Made by a program: the position numbers and the translations under genes. Below the pieces are notes generated by a model. That model saw only the letters and a program-made list of their open reading frames with translations, was not told where the DNA came from and made no database searches. Source: Thermoanaerobaculia bacterium (GTDB lineage Bacteria > Acidobacteriota > Thermoanaerobaculia > Gp7-AA8). From it: 64,000 bases of DNA. How positions within the stretch are numbered: position 1 is the first letter of the stretch; every line of letters starts with the position of its first letter. Below are positions 28,146 through 36,940 of this stretch, in pieces. The stretch spans positions 3,041-67,040 of the forward strand of contig DASVEE010000025.1 of the NCBI GenBank assembly GCA_036380735.1, read 5' to 3'.

Positions 28146-29773
28146 TTTGTCACGTGACACGCCGCGCACGCACGCGGCACGCCCTTGAACCCGGTCTTGT
28201 GGCACTCCGCGCAGCGGACCCGTGCGTGCGCCCCTTCCAGCGGAAAGCCGGTCTTCGTGTGATCGAACGCCACGCGCCCCCACGCCTCCAGGCGATGGCA
28301 GGTCGTGCAGGTGCCGAAGCGCGCGGTCTCGCCGCGGTGCGGGTCGCGGTGGCAGTCGGTGCAGGCGGCCGAGGAGAGGCGGAACTGCACGACGTTCTGC
28401 TTCTTCACGTGGCAGGCGTTGCACGGCACCGCCAGGTGCGCCCCGGCGAGCGGGAACTTCGTGCGCTGATGCTGCTCCACGCCGAAGGTCGAGGGGAGGA
28501 AGCGCGTCACGCTGTGACAGTCGGCGCAGTCGCCCGTCATCTGCCCGGCATGCACGTCGCGATGGCAACTGCCGCAGCGGTCGAAGCGCGAGAACTTCAG
28601 CGCCCGCCCTGTGGTGTGACACGACTCGCACTTGGCCGTGCGATGCGCGCCGCGCAGCGGGAAGCGGGTGGCGTCGTGGTCGAAGCCCGACACCTTGGCG
28701 AAGCCGGCGGTCGAGTGGCAGCTTTCGCACGCTTTGCCGAGGCGGCCCTTGTGTGGATCGGTGTGACAGCCGTTGCAGGTCATCGGCACGCCGCGCAGCT
28801 TCCCGCCGGTGTGGCACTGCGCACAACGCACGGCCGTGTGGCGGCCGGTCAGAGGGAAGCGCGTGCGGGTGTGATCGAAGTTCGCTACGGCGCGGAACGT
28901 GGTCGTGGAGTGACAGCGCTCGCACGATTTGCCGAGACGCCCTTCGTGCGGATCGCGGTGACAGGAGGTGCACGTCTTCGGCGTCCCCTGGAACTTACCG
29001 GCGCGGTGACACTCGGAGCATTGCGCCGTCTTGTGCGCGCCCGTCAGCGGGAAGCCGGTCTTCGCGTGATCGAAGTTCGCTGTCGCCTGCACGCCTTTCC
29101 ACGCGGCGGTGGAGTGGCATTGCGTGCACGTCGGGCCGAAGCGCCCCGCGTGCGGGTCCTTGTGGCAATCGGTGCAGCGCTGGAAGGCGACGCCGCGGAA
29201 GGCGGGCGTCGGGTGGCATTTGGCGCAGGCGACGTTCACATGCTTCCCGGTGAGCGGGAAGCGCGCTTTCGCATGATCGAACTTCGGCGCCGGCTTCCAC
29301 GCCGTCATGGCGTGGCACGACGTGCAGGAGGGGAGCTGCCCCTTGTGCGGATCGGTGTGGCACGACGTGCACGATTGCGAGAGCCCGAGGAACGAGCGTG
29401 TCTTGTGGCAGCTCGCGCACTTGGCTTTCGCGTGCGCTCCTTCGAGCGGGAAGCCGGTCTGGCGGTGATCGAACTTCGCCGGGTCCCAATGGATCAGACG
29501 GAAGGCGCGCCCGTGATGCTCGTTGTGGCAGCGCTCGCACGTGCGGTACTCCGGCCGCGCGTGCAGCCCCTTGCCGGCCTGGATGCGCGCGCGCAGCGCG
29601 GTGTGGCAGGTGAGGCACTTGGCCGGACTCACGCCTTGCTTCGCCTCATGGCACTTGAGGCAGTTCGCCGCCCCTTCCAGCTTCGCGTGCGCTTCGCTGA
29701 GCGGACCGGGGGAGATCTGCGCGTGCGCCGCCAGCGCTCCCCACATCGCTAGCAGCAGGAGCCAGCGTCTCAT
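28136..29773 (-). CDS. large multihaem c-type cytochrome (about 23 CXXCH motifs in 546 aa)
   Basis: Start MRRWLLLLAMWGALAAHAQ (signal peptide), overlapping the upstream membrane-protein stop by 4 nt (ATGA). 23 CXXCH motifs counted, embedded in repeated FDH..TGFPL.GAH.. paired-CXXCH modules. The listed 781-aa ORF includes a non-native upstream extension. Confidence 0.85.
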   Translation of the reverse strand: MRRWLLLLAMWGALAAHAQISPGPLSEAHAKLEGAANCLKCHEAKQGVSPAKCLTCHTALRARIQAGKGLHARPEYRTCERCHNEHHGRAFRLIHWDPAKFDHRQTGFPLEGAHAKAKCASCHKTRSFLGLSQSCTSCHTDPHKGQLPSCTSCHAMTAWKPAPKFDHAKARFPLTGKHVNVACAKCHPTPAFRGVAFQRCTDCHKDPHAGRFGPTCTQCHSTAAWKGVQATANFDHAKTGFPLTGAHKTAQCSECHRAGKFQGTPKTCTSCHRDPHEGRLGKSCERCHSTTTFRAVANFDHTRTRFPLTGRHTAVRCAQCHTGGKLRGVPMTCNGCHTDPHKGRLGKACESCHSTAGFAKVSGFDHDATRFPLRGAHRTAKCESCHTTGRALKFSRFDRCGSCHRDVHAGQMTGDCADCHSVTRFLPSTFGVEQHQRTKFPLAGAHLAVPCNACHVKKQNVVQFRLSSAACTDCHRDPHRGETARFGTCTTCHRLEAWGRVAFDHTKTGFPLEGAHARVRCAECHKTGFKGVPRACAACHVTKER

Positions 29774-30557
29774 CCGAAGCCGTATCCGGTGACCGTGGCC
29801 ACGGCGATGTGCACGATCAGGAAGAGGTACATGATGATGGCGAACGGCTTGTGGAAGATGTGCCAGTGGTGGAAGATCGCCTGCATGCGGTGCCAGCGGA
29901 CGATGCGGCGGTGCAGCCGCGCCTTCCGCTCGATGACGGCGACGAGCTCGCGCCCGCCGTGCTGCCGCTCGAAGGCGCGCAGTTGCGAGCGCCGCTGCCA
30001 GGTGCCGGGCGTCGCGGCGATCGTCTCCAGCTCCGCGAGCCGCTCCTCCGGCATGCCGAGGCGGCGGAGCTCCGCGGAGAGCTCGCCGCTCTCGCGCTCC
30101 ACGTCGGCCAGCGTCCGCTCGTCGCCGGCGCGCGTGCGGGGGATCTGTAAATAGAGGTAGCGCCCCAGCACCCCGGAGAGCGCCACGGCGATCATCGACC
30201 AGAAACTGAGCGCCACCAGTCCCTGCACCTTGAACGAGCTGTGCAGGATGATCAGCAGCGGCCCGATGACCCCGCAGAAGATGTGGAAGTCGAGCCAGAT
30301 GCTCAGCGGCCCCGCCTTCCGCAACGGCCGTACGCGCTTGCGCACGGAGTAGAGCAGCATCACCGTCATCAGCCCCGCGCCGATGATCCCGAAGGCGCGT
30401 CCGAGCGTCCCCGCCGGCTTCAGCGACCAGAACTGCGGATGATGCGGCCGCTCGATCAAAGGCGTCCGGTAGTAATCCCACCCCTCGGTCAGGTAATGCG
30501 CCAGCGCCGCAAACGCGACGGCATACAGCAGCGCAAGAACCACGCGATGGGGCCGCA
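29770..30557 (-). CDS. integral membrane protein (about 5 TM) co-operonic with multihaem cytochromes; start uncertain
   Basis: Hydrophobic helices (VVLALLYAVAFAALAHYL, IIGAGLMTVMLLY, IFCGVIGPLLIILH, LSFWSMIAVALSGVLG, FAIIMYLFLIVHIAVA), His-rich C-terminus (HRMQAIFHHWHIFHKPF). The listed start 30633 lies inside a repeat element; probable GTG start near 30557. Family not recognised. Confidence 0.6.
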
Positions 30558-30592
30558 CTGGTGGCGGACTATGCCACTGGCGGGCCAGGGGG

Positions 30593-30766
30593 AACCGATA
30601 GGACAGATGGGACCGATGGGACCTATGGGACATGGGACCAATGGGACCTATAGGACCTATAGGCCTGCGGACCCTGGCACTTCGTGGGTGGAAGGGGGCC
30701 TACCTATGGGTCCCATCGGTCCCATCGGTCCCATAGGTCCCATTTCCCATCGGTCCCATTCATCCA
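30593..30766. repeat. ATGGGAC/ATAGGAC-iterated palindromic element
   Basis: AACCGATAGGACAGATGGGACCGATGGGACCTATGGGACATGGGACCAATGGGACCTATAGGACCTATAGG - ~38-nt loop - CCTATGGGTCCCATCGGTCCCATCGGTCCCATAGGTCCCATTTCCCATCGGTCCCATTCATCC; in a divergent intergenic region. Confidence 0.9.
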
Positions 30767-30915
30767 ATCCCCACGCAGCTTCGCCGCCCCCGGTCCACAT
30801 TTACTCACGTGATCCTGCTGTGTGGAAGTTAATATGTCCGCCTCTCAACAACACGCACCGTGTCCCGGACGCCGCAGCGGCGCCGTGGGTACGGACGGAA
30901 CTCATAGGAGGCTGG

Positions 30916-32622
30916 ATGTCGAAAGTGCTGTCGTCCTTTGTCCTTGCCGCAATGGTCGCTGTTTCCCCGTCTCTCGTCGCCGCGAACGGCAAAACCACCA
31001 TCGATCTGAGCTCCAAAGGCGCGCGCGTCCACCGGGCGGACGGCAACGCGCCGCTCACCCCGCCGTCGCGCGGCGCACGTGCCGATGCCGTGCGCGGCTT
31101 CCTCTCCCAGAAGGGACGCGGGCCGGCCGCACAGTCTCTGCACGCCGTCTCCGAGAACGCCCGCGGGCCCGTGACGCACCTCCGCTTCGAGCAGCGCGTC
31201 GCCGGTCTTCCGGTCTACGGGACCTACGTCAAGGCAGCGGTCGACGGGCAGGGGCGGCTGCGCAGCATCATCGAGAACATCGTCGACCCGGCGCCGATCG
31301 CTCCGGCCTCCATCAACGGTGATGAAGCCGTCGCGCGCGCGGTCGGCTTCCATCACCCGGCTCGTGCGGTGAACCCGGGCAGCGACTTCTGGTTCCGCAC
31401 GCCCGCCGCCTCGCGCGTCGCGGTGCCGCTGGCTGACGGCTCCCTCATCGAGGGCTACCTCGTCGAGACGTGGGAGAACGCGTCGAACAACCTGTGGCAC
31501 ACGGTCGTCGGCGGCGACGGCAGCATCGTCTACGCTGAGCTCCGCACCGCCTCCGACACGTACAAGATCTTCCCCAACCATCCGGGCGTGACGGCGCAGA
31601 CCGTCGTCACCGGGCCGGGCGCGGGTAACGCGCAGTCGCCGGTGGGCTGGGTCACGAACAACACGACGGTGGGCAACAACGTCGACGCCTACCTCGACCG
31701 CGACAACAACAACGCCGCGGACACGAACGGCCGTCCGGTCTCCTCGACCAAGACGTTCGAGTTCACCGCCGACATGACGCAGGCGCCGACGCTCGCCGTC
31801 AACCAGATGGCCGCGGTGTCGAACCTCTTCTACCTGAACAACGTCATCCACGACAAACTGTACCGGCACGGCTTCAACGAGGCGGCCGGCAACTTCCAGA
31901 CGAACAACTTCGGCAAAGGCGGCCTCGGGAACGACGCCGTGCTGGCCGAGGCGCAGGACGGCGGCGGGACGAACAACGCGAACTTCGCGACGCCCGCGGA
32001 CGGCAGCAAGCCGCGCATGCAGATGTACCTCTGGAACCGCTCCACGCCGAACCGCGACGGCGACTTCGACTCCGACATCGTCTGGCACGAGTACGGTCAC
32101 GGCCTCACGTGGCGCATGATCGGCACGATGAGCGGCCCGCTCGCCGGAGCGATTGGGGAAGGCATGAGCGACGTGCTCTCGCTCTACATCAACCGCAATG
32201 ACGTCGTGGGCGAGTATTCGTACAACGCGCCGGGCGGCATCCGCCGCTTCCCGTACACCAACTACCCCAACACGTTCAGCGACGTCGCCGGCTCGAGCGT
32301 GCACGCCGACGGCGAGATCTACGCCGCGACGATGTGGCGGCTGCTCGCTCTCTGGGAAGCGGCCGGCTACACGCAGGACCAGCTCTTCGACTACGTCATC
32401 GACGGCATGAACTACACGCCGGCGCGCCCGTCGTACGAAGACATGCGCGACGGCATCCTCGCGGCCGTGCCGACGGCGGCGCAGGACTGCATCGTGTGGA
32501 ACGCCTTCTCGCAGTTCGGCATCGGCCAGGGCGCCGACGGCCGCGTCACCTGCTACTTCGGCATCTTCTGCAGCGCGCCCGTGATCGTGGAATCGTTCAC
32601 CAAGCCGGCGACCTGCCTGTAG
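30916..32622 (+). CDS. secreted M36 (fungalysin-type) zinc metallopeptidase with FTP propeptide
   Basis: ATG after AGGAGG SD; signal peptide MSKVLSSFVLAAMVAVSPSLVAANG; HEXXH as VWHEYGHGLTWRM and downstream EGMSD; length and propeptide organisation of fungalysin family; TAG stop. The listed ORF start 30241 is rejected. Confidence 0.85.
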   Translation: MSKVLSSFVLAAMVAVSPSLVAANGKTTIDLSSKGARVHRADGNAPLTPPSRGARADAVRGFLSQKGRGPAAQSLHAVSENARGPVTHLRFEQRVAGLPVYGTYVKAAVDGQGRLRSIIENIVDPAPIAPASINGDEAVARAVGFHHPARAVNPGSDFWFRTPAASRVAVPLADGSLIEGYLVETWENASNNLWHTVVGGDGSIVYAELRTASDTYKIFPNHPGVTAQTVVTGPGAGNAQSPVGWVTNNTTVGNNVDAYLDRDNNNAADTNGRPVSSTKTFEFTADMTQAPTLAVNQMAAVSNLFYLNNVIHDKLYRHGFNEAAGNFQTNNFGKGGLGNDAVLAEAQDGGGTNNANFATPADGSKPRMQMYLWNRSTPNRDGDFDSDIVWHEYGHGLTWRMIGTMSGPLAGAIGEGMSDVLSLYINRNDVVGEYSYNAPGGIRRFPYTNYPNTFSDVAGSSVHADGEIYAATMWRLLALWEAAGYTQDQLFDYVIDGMNYTPARPSYEDMRDGILAAVPTAAQDCIVWNAFSQFGIGQGADGRVTCYFGIFCSAPVIVESFTKPATCL

Positions 32623-32636
32623 TGCTTTCGTGGGAA

Positions 32637-32663
32637 GGGCGGCCAGGGCCGCCCTTTCTTTCC
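32637..32663 (+). terminator. rho-independent terminator
   Basis: GGGCGGCC-AGG-GCCGCCC perfect 8-bp GC stem followed by TTTCTTTCC, 15 nt after the M36 stop. Confidence 0.7.
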
Positions 32664-32676
32664 CCGGCCGGCCCGG

Positions 32677-32770
32677 AACGCAGAACGCAGAATGCAGAAC
32701 GCAGAACGCAGAATGTAGAAAGAACCGCAGAGGTCTCAACTTCTAAGTTCTACATTCTGCGTTCTGCGTT
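32677..32770. repeat. hairpin whose arms are tandem GCAGAAC heptamers
   Basis: GAACGCAGAACGCAGAATGCAGAACGCAGAACGCAGAATGTAGAA - loop - TTCTACATTCTGCGTTCTGCGTT; a second, distinct iterated-arm palindrome type. Confidence 0.8.
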
Positions 32771-32859
32771 CAATCTTTGTCCCGCGTCCGCCTTCAACTT
32801 TTTTCACGATCCATCTGAAATTTCTCTTCGTCTTCCGCATAGCCGTGTGGAGGAACCAC

Positions 32860-34536
32860 ATGAAGAGAACCGTCGTCACCATCCTTTCGTTGCTGTTCGC
32901 CGCCGTCTCGTTCGCGCAGACCGGCATCCATCCACCTTCCTGTCCCGACGTCGTGCCGGCGATTCCGGCGGCGTGTAATACGCCCGGCACCTGGGCCGCC
33001 GCGGCCGCGTGTCTCGACGCAATCGCGGCCACGCATCCCACGCTTTTCCCCGGCGCCGTCATCGGCTATCAGCAGGACGGCGGGCCGATGAACCTTTACG
33101 CCAAGGGGCCCGGCTTCGCTACCAACTCCGTCGTCTCCCTCGCCTCGGTGTCCAAGCCGTTCGTCAGTCTCGGCCTCGTCAAGCTGGTGCAGGACCATTA
33201 CGCCTCGCCGGCCTGCACGCCGATGACGGCGAACTGCGTCTTCCCGCAGAAGTTCGAGACGCCGCTCGTCACCGCGCTGACGAAGATAGACCAGTTGCGC
33301 GGCACCGACACCGTCACGCGCTGGTTCAACCGCACGGCGTTCGACGATGCCACGCTGCAGCGCTCGTGGAAGAACCAGATCCGCATCAAGCACATCCTGC
33401 AGATGACGAGCGGCTTCCCGCCGATCTCGTTCACCGGCTACGTCTTCTGCCCCGGCGGCGTGTGCCCCGAGGTGATGGAGCACGACGTCACGTGCAATCC
33501 CGACCAGCCGGGCGCGTGCCGGCAGGCGTACCTGTACAACCAGTACCTCGCGCGGCGCGGTCCGGCGATCCCGAACGGCTGCCGCCCGCGTCCTGCCAGC
33601 GGCCCGCGCCTCTTCAACTTCAGCACGTACTACGACGGCCGCGTGGACGCGCCGTACAAACTGATGCGCGAGTTCGAGCGCCGCTATTCGTACGAGCCGG
33701 GGCTCTTCAATGAATGCGTGCTGCAGGAGAATTCACTGGGCTCGGCCTGGGTCGACAGCCGCACCGTTCATGAGAGCGAAGTCGCCAAGTTCTTCCTCGG
33801 CATGCCGCTCCTCAGCGCACCCGGCACCGAATACCACTACTCGCAGCCGAACCTCTACGTCTCCGCGTACCTCATCGCAGGTGTGACGGGGCAGCGCTTC
33901 GACGACTATCTCGAGGCGCAGCTCTTCGCGCCGCTCGGCATGACCGACACCAGCTTCGTCGTGGCTCCAGGCTCGCCGCAGCACCAGCGTCTCGCCGACA
34001 TCAAACGCATCCCGACCACGCCGCTGCGCACGCTGCCGGACCTTGCCTCGCCGGTGAACCTCGACTCCATCTACGGCACCGACAAGAACTGGGACGAGCT
34101 GCGCGGCGGCTGGCGGAACCGCTGGCCCGAAGGTGGCGCGACGTCGTCTGCGGCGGACCTCCTGCGCTTCCTCCGCTTCATTCGCACGGGCCAGGCGCCG
34201 GACGGCCGCGTCCTGCTCAACGCCGAATCGCTGCAGCTCGTGACGACGCAAGTCGGGCCGGTGGGCACGCGCACCTACGCCTTCAACAGCACGGGGCCGG
34301 GACTGATCGGCGGGAACGGCTACTTCGGCACGATGATGCGCCGCGACCTGAACCGCTGCACCAACCTCACGGTGCTGCCGCAGATCGTCACCGAGTCACC
34401 CGAGGGCGCGCCCGAGCATCGCGTGCAGCTCTGCAACTACCAGTACGGCGACGTGTTGCACCTGCGCGCCGCGCTGATTCGCATGATCGACGGCATTCCC
34501 GCCTCGTGCGGACCGGCGTCACCGCTGGAACCGTAA
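32860..34536 (+). CDS. secreted serine hydrolase of the beta-lactamase/PBP-like family
   Basis: ATG after GGAGGAACCAC; signal peptide MKRTVVTILSLLFAAVSFAQ; S-x-x-K active site SLASVSKPF; 558 aa. Confidence 0.8.
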   Translation: MKRTVVTILSLLFAAVSFAQTGIHPPSCPDVVPAIPAACNTPGTWAAAAACLDAIAATHPTLFPGAVIGYQQDGGPMNLYAKGPGFATNSVVSLASVSKPFVSLGLVKLVQDHYASPACTPMTANCVFPQKFETPLVTALTKIDQLRGTDTVTRWFNRTAFDDATLQRSWKNQIRIKHILQMTSGFPPISFTGYVFCPGGVCPEVMEHDVTCNPDQPGACRQAYLYNQYLARRGPAIPNGCRPRPASGPRLFNFSTYYDGRVDAPYKLMREFERRYSYEPGLFNECVLQENSLGSAWVDSRTVHESEVAKFFLGMPLLSAPGTEYHYSQPNLYVSAYLIAGVTGQRFDDYLEAQLFAPLGMTDTSFVVAPGSPQHQRLADIKRIPTTPLRTLPDLASPVNLDSIYGTDKNWDELRGGWRNRWPEGGATSSAADLLRFLRFIRTGQAPDGRVLLNAESLQLVTTQVGPVGTRTYAFNSTGPGLIGGNGYFGTMMRRDLNRCTNLTVLPQIVTESPEGAPEHRVQLCNYQYGDVLHLRAALIRMIDGIPASCGPASPLEP

Positions 34537-34592
34537 TGAAAAAAGAAGGGGGCGGGCCGCGGCCCGCCCCCTTTGTGGATCGCTGTGTGCGA

Positions 34593-36086
34593 TTACTGCT
34601 CGAGGCAGTACGGCCTGCCGCAGCAAGTGGAGTAGCAGCACGGATCACCGGCGCACGGATCGATATACGTGCCGGCGTACACGCTCTGCACGGACTGGCT
34701 GGTCTTTCCGGTGTTGTCCGTCACGGTCAGCGTCACGGTGAAGTACCCTTCGTACGGATAGACGTGGTTGACGACGGCTCCGGAGCCGGTCGTGCCGTCG
34801 CCGAAGTCCCACGCGTAGCTGACGATGCTGCCGTCCGGGTCGTAGCTGCCGGACGCGTTGAAGTCGACCCAGGTGCTCGAGGCCGAGTAGGTGAACGTCG
34901 CCACCGGACGCGCGCCGCAGCCGGAGCCCGGGTTGTACGTCAGAATCGCCGCGCCGACCCAGTGGAAGTAGTCGATGGCCATGTAGATCGCATCGCCGTC
35001 GCTGATGCTGCCGCTGCTGATGCCGTAGGCGAGGTTGTCGACGAACCACGGGCCGCCGCTGTCGCCGGGCCGCACCAGGATGGCGCCGTAGCCGTTCACG
35101 CGGATGTACGAGTCTTCGCCGTTGCCCGGGATGTAGCTCGGGTTGTAGCTCTTGCTCTGGATGTAGCCGCACGTGCGCGCCGTGGCGTTGCCCCACTTGC
35201 ACACGTACGTGCCGATGGCCTGCTGGGCGCGGGTGCGCGTGCCGAGGCAGGCGCGGTAGCCGAGGCCGCTGTTGAACTCGTTGCTGACGTCGGTGTAGCC
35301 GCAGGCCGAGTGCCACTGCACGTCGCCCGCGTCATAGAAGACCTCCGCGACGAAGGGCAGAGCCATTCCCTGGAAGGTCTGGTAGTTGTCGCAGTGTCCG
35401 GCGGTGGAGATGCCGAACGACGTGGAGTCGGTCGAGCGGACGGTGAAGCCGCCGGAGCAGAAGCCCTGGTCGCCGTCGCCGCCGCGCAGCACGGCCGGTT
35501 TGGCCAGTTCGGGCACGGACATGATCTCGACGCGCTCCGGCAGCGGGGCGCGCTCGGCCGCGATCGCCGCGCGGACCGACTGGGCGCGCTCCGAGTAGAT
35601 CTCCACACGGTTCTCTTTCACATTGATGTCGATGTCGACGGCGAAGCCGAGATGCCGCACGCGCTGGAGGGCAGCCGTGCGCCGCTTCTCGAGCTGCCTG
35701 AGCGACGCCGCGGCGCGGCGCGTCTCGCGCACGATGCCTTCGAGCGGCGTGCCGGCGACACGCTTGCGCAGCCGCACTTCGGCCGCCGCGTCCGTGAAGC
35801 GCACGACGACGCGATACTGCGGCGTGTGCTCGATCCAGAGGCCGGCAAAGCTCGGCTCCTGCTGCTCGAGCGTCTCTTCGAGCTTGCCGACTTCCGACTG
35901 CAGCTCGAGGCGCCGCACCGCCTCATCGAGCGAGACCCCCGTCTGCGCGGCATAGGAAGCCGCGTCCTGACGGAGACCCTGACTCGCCGAGCCGGGTGAA
36001 GGGGTTTGAGCGAAGGTGGGGGAGAGGGAGAGGGAGAGGAGGGAGGAGAGGCCAACCGCAACCACCAGACGACGGGAAATGGACAT
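34593..36086 (-). CDS. secreted S1E (alpha-lytic/streptogrisin-like) serine peptidase with pro-region and C-terminal PKD domain
   Basis: Signal peptide MSISRRLVVAVGLSSLLSLSLSPTFAQ; catalytic His TAGHC and Ser GDSGGPW; C-terminal PKD-like YAWDFGDGTTG...TLTVTDNTG; Cys-rich tail. Confidence 0.85.
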   Translation of the reverse strand: MSISRRLVVAVGLSSLLSLSLSPTFAQTPSPGSASQGLRQDAASYAAQTGVSLDEAVRRLELQSEVGKLEETLEQQEPSFAGLWIEHTPQYRVVVRFTDAAAEVRLRKRVAGTPLEGIVRETRRAAASLRQLEKRRTAALQRVRHLGFAVDIDINVKENRVEIYSERAQSVRAAIAAERAPLPERVEIMSVPELAKPAVLRGGDGDQGFCSGGFTVRSTDSTSFGISTAGHCDNYQTFQGMALPFVAEVFYDAGDVQWHSACGYTDVSNEFNSGLGYRACLGTRTRAQQAIGTYVCKWGNATARTCGYIQSKSYNPSYIPGNGEDSYIRVNGYGAILVRPGDSGGPWFVDNLAYGISSGSISDGDAIYMAIDYFHWVGAAILTYNPGSGCGARPVATFTYSASSTWVDFNASGSYDPDGSIVSYAWDFGDGTTGSGAVVNHVYPYEGYFTVTLTVTDNTGKTSQSVQSVYAGTYIDPCAGDPCCYSTCCGRPYCLEQ

Positions 36087-36228
36087 GGAGCACCTTTCGA
36101 GAGATTCTCAGACCACGCCCAGAGCAGCCGCGAGGCCGCCGGGGATCGTGCTCGGAGTGTGGCGGCTTTATATACTGCCGTAACGCCGCACGCAAGCAGT
36201 CGCAGGCATTCCCTTGCGGTGGTCGGAA

Positions 36229-36262
36229 GGGACGGATAGGACGGATAGGACGGATGGGACTG
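36229..36262. repeat. half ATAGGAC-family element (left arm only)
   Basis: GGGACGGATAGGACGGATAGGACGGATGGGAC followed by CTTGCGGCGTTGCTGCG, which also occurs in the loop of the copy at 36941..37061; no recognisable right arm. Confidence 0.6.
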
Positions 36263-36319
36263 GGCACCTTGCGGCGTTGCTGCGTGGTGACGGCGCCCCT
36301 CCCCCTATAATCGCCCCTC

Positions 36320-36607
36320 ATGAGCGCTTTGATCATCGTCGACATCGAAGTCACCGATCCCGTGCGGTATGAGGACTACAAGCGCCTCGCCTCGGAGTCC
36401 ATCGCGGCGCATGGCGGGCGTTATCTGGTCCGGGGCGGCGCCAGCGAGGTGCTCGACGGTGACTGGACGCCGCGGCGTCTCGTCGTGCTGCAGTTCGACT
36501 CCGTCGAGCAGGCGAAGGCGTGGCGCGCTTCGCCCGAGTACGCCGAGGCGAAGAAGGTGCGCGAAGGATGCGCGCGCTCGAACATGGTGGTCGTCGAAGG
36601 CATGTGA
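36320..36607 (+). CDS. DUF1330 domain protein
   Basis: 95 aa; strong match to DUF1330 family pattern (IVDIEVTDP..YEDYKRLA...HGGRYLVRGG..EVLDGDWTPRRLVVLQF.S.EQAKAW..SPEY.EAKK.R...A..NMVVVEG). Confidence 0.85.
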   Translation: MSALIIVDIEVTDPVRYEDYKRLASESIAAHGGRYLVRGGASEVLDGDWTPRRLVVLQFDSVEQAKAWRASPEYAEAKKVREGCARSNMVVVEGM

Positions 36608-36895
36608 GCGGTTTGGATCGCCACGCGAGCGGTTTTTCGGCTTACGCAGGCGGTTTGGAGCGCCGCGCGAGCGGTTTTGCGGCTCACGCGAGCGGTTTTG
36701 CGGCCCATGCGAGCGGTTTTTCAGCTCGTGCGAGCGGTTTTTTCGGCTCACGCGAGCGGTTTTTCAGCTCACGCGAGCGGTTTTGCGGCTCACGCGAGCG
36801 GTTTTGCGGCTCACGCGAGCGGTTTTTCGGCTCACGTGAACGGTTTTTCGGCTCACGCGAGCGGTTTTGTCGACTACGCGAGCGGGTTTGTCGCA
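36606..36895. repeat. tandem array, about 13 copies of 22-bp unit CACGCGAGCGGTTTTTCGGCT
   Basis: GAGCGGTTTTTCGGCTTACGCAG/GCGGTTTGGAGCGCCGCGC/GAGCGGTTTTGCGGCTCACGC/... repeated head-to-tail; each unit carries a T4-6 tract, so T-tracts recur every about 22 bp. Begins at the stop codon of the DUF1330 gene. Confidence 0.9.
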
Positions 36896-36940
36896 ACGCT
36901 GGCCAGAGGCGCTGGTGCACGTACTCAGTACCACGACGCT

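Noticed and set aside
30241-30915. Upstream 225-aa extension of the M36 gene and 28136..30481 extension of the cytochrome gene
   Set aside because: Extensions run through repeat elements and Arg-rich sequence; proper signal peptides with SD sequences occur at the internal starts (30916; 29773).
36606-36895. Possible CRISPR array (22-bp repeats) and the 21-bp array at 20965..21152
   Set aside because: Units abut head-to-tail with no unique spacers, and no cas genes or leader are present.
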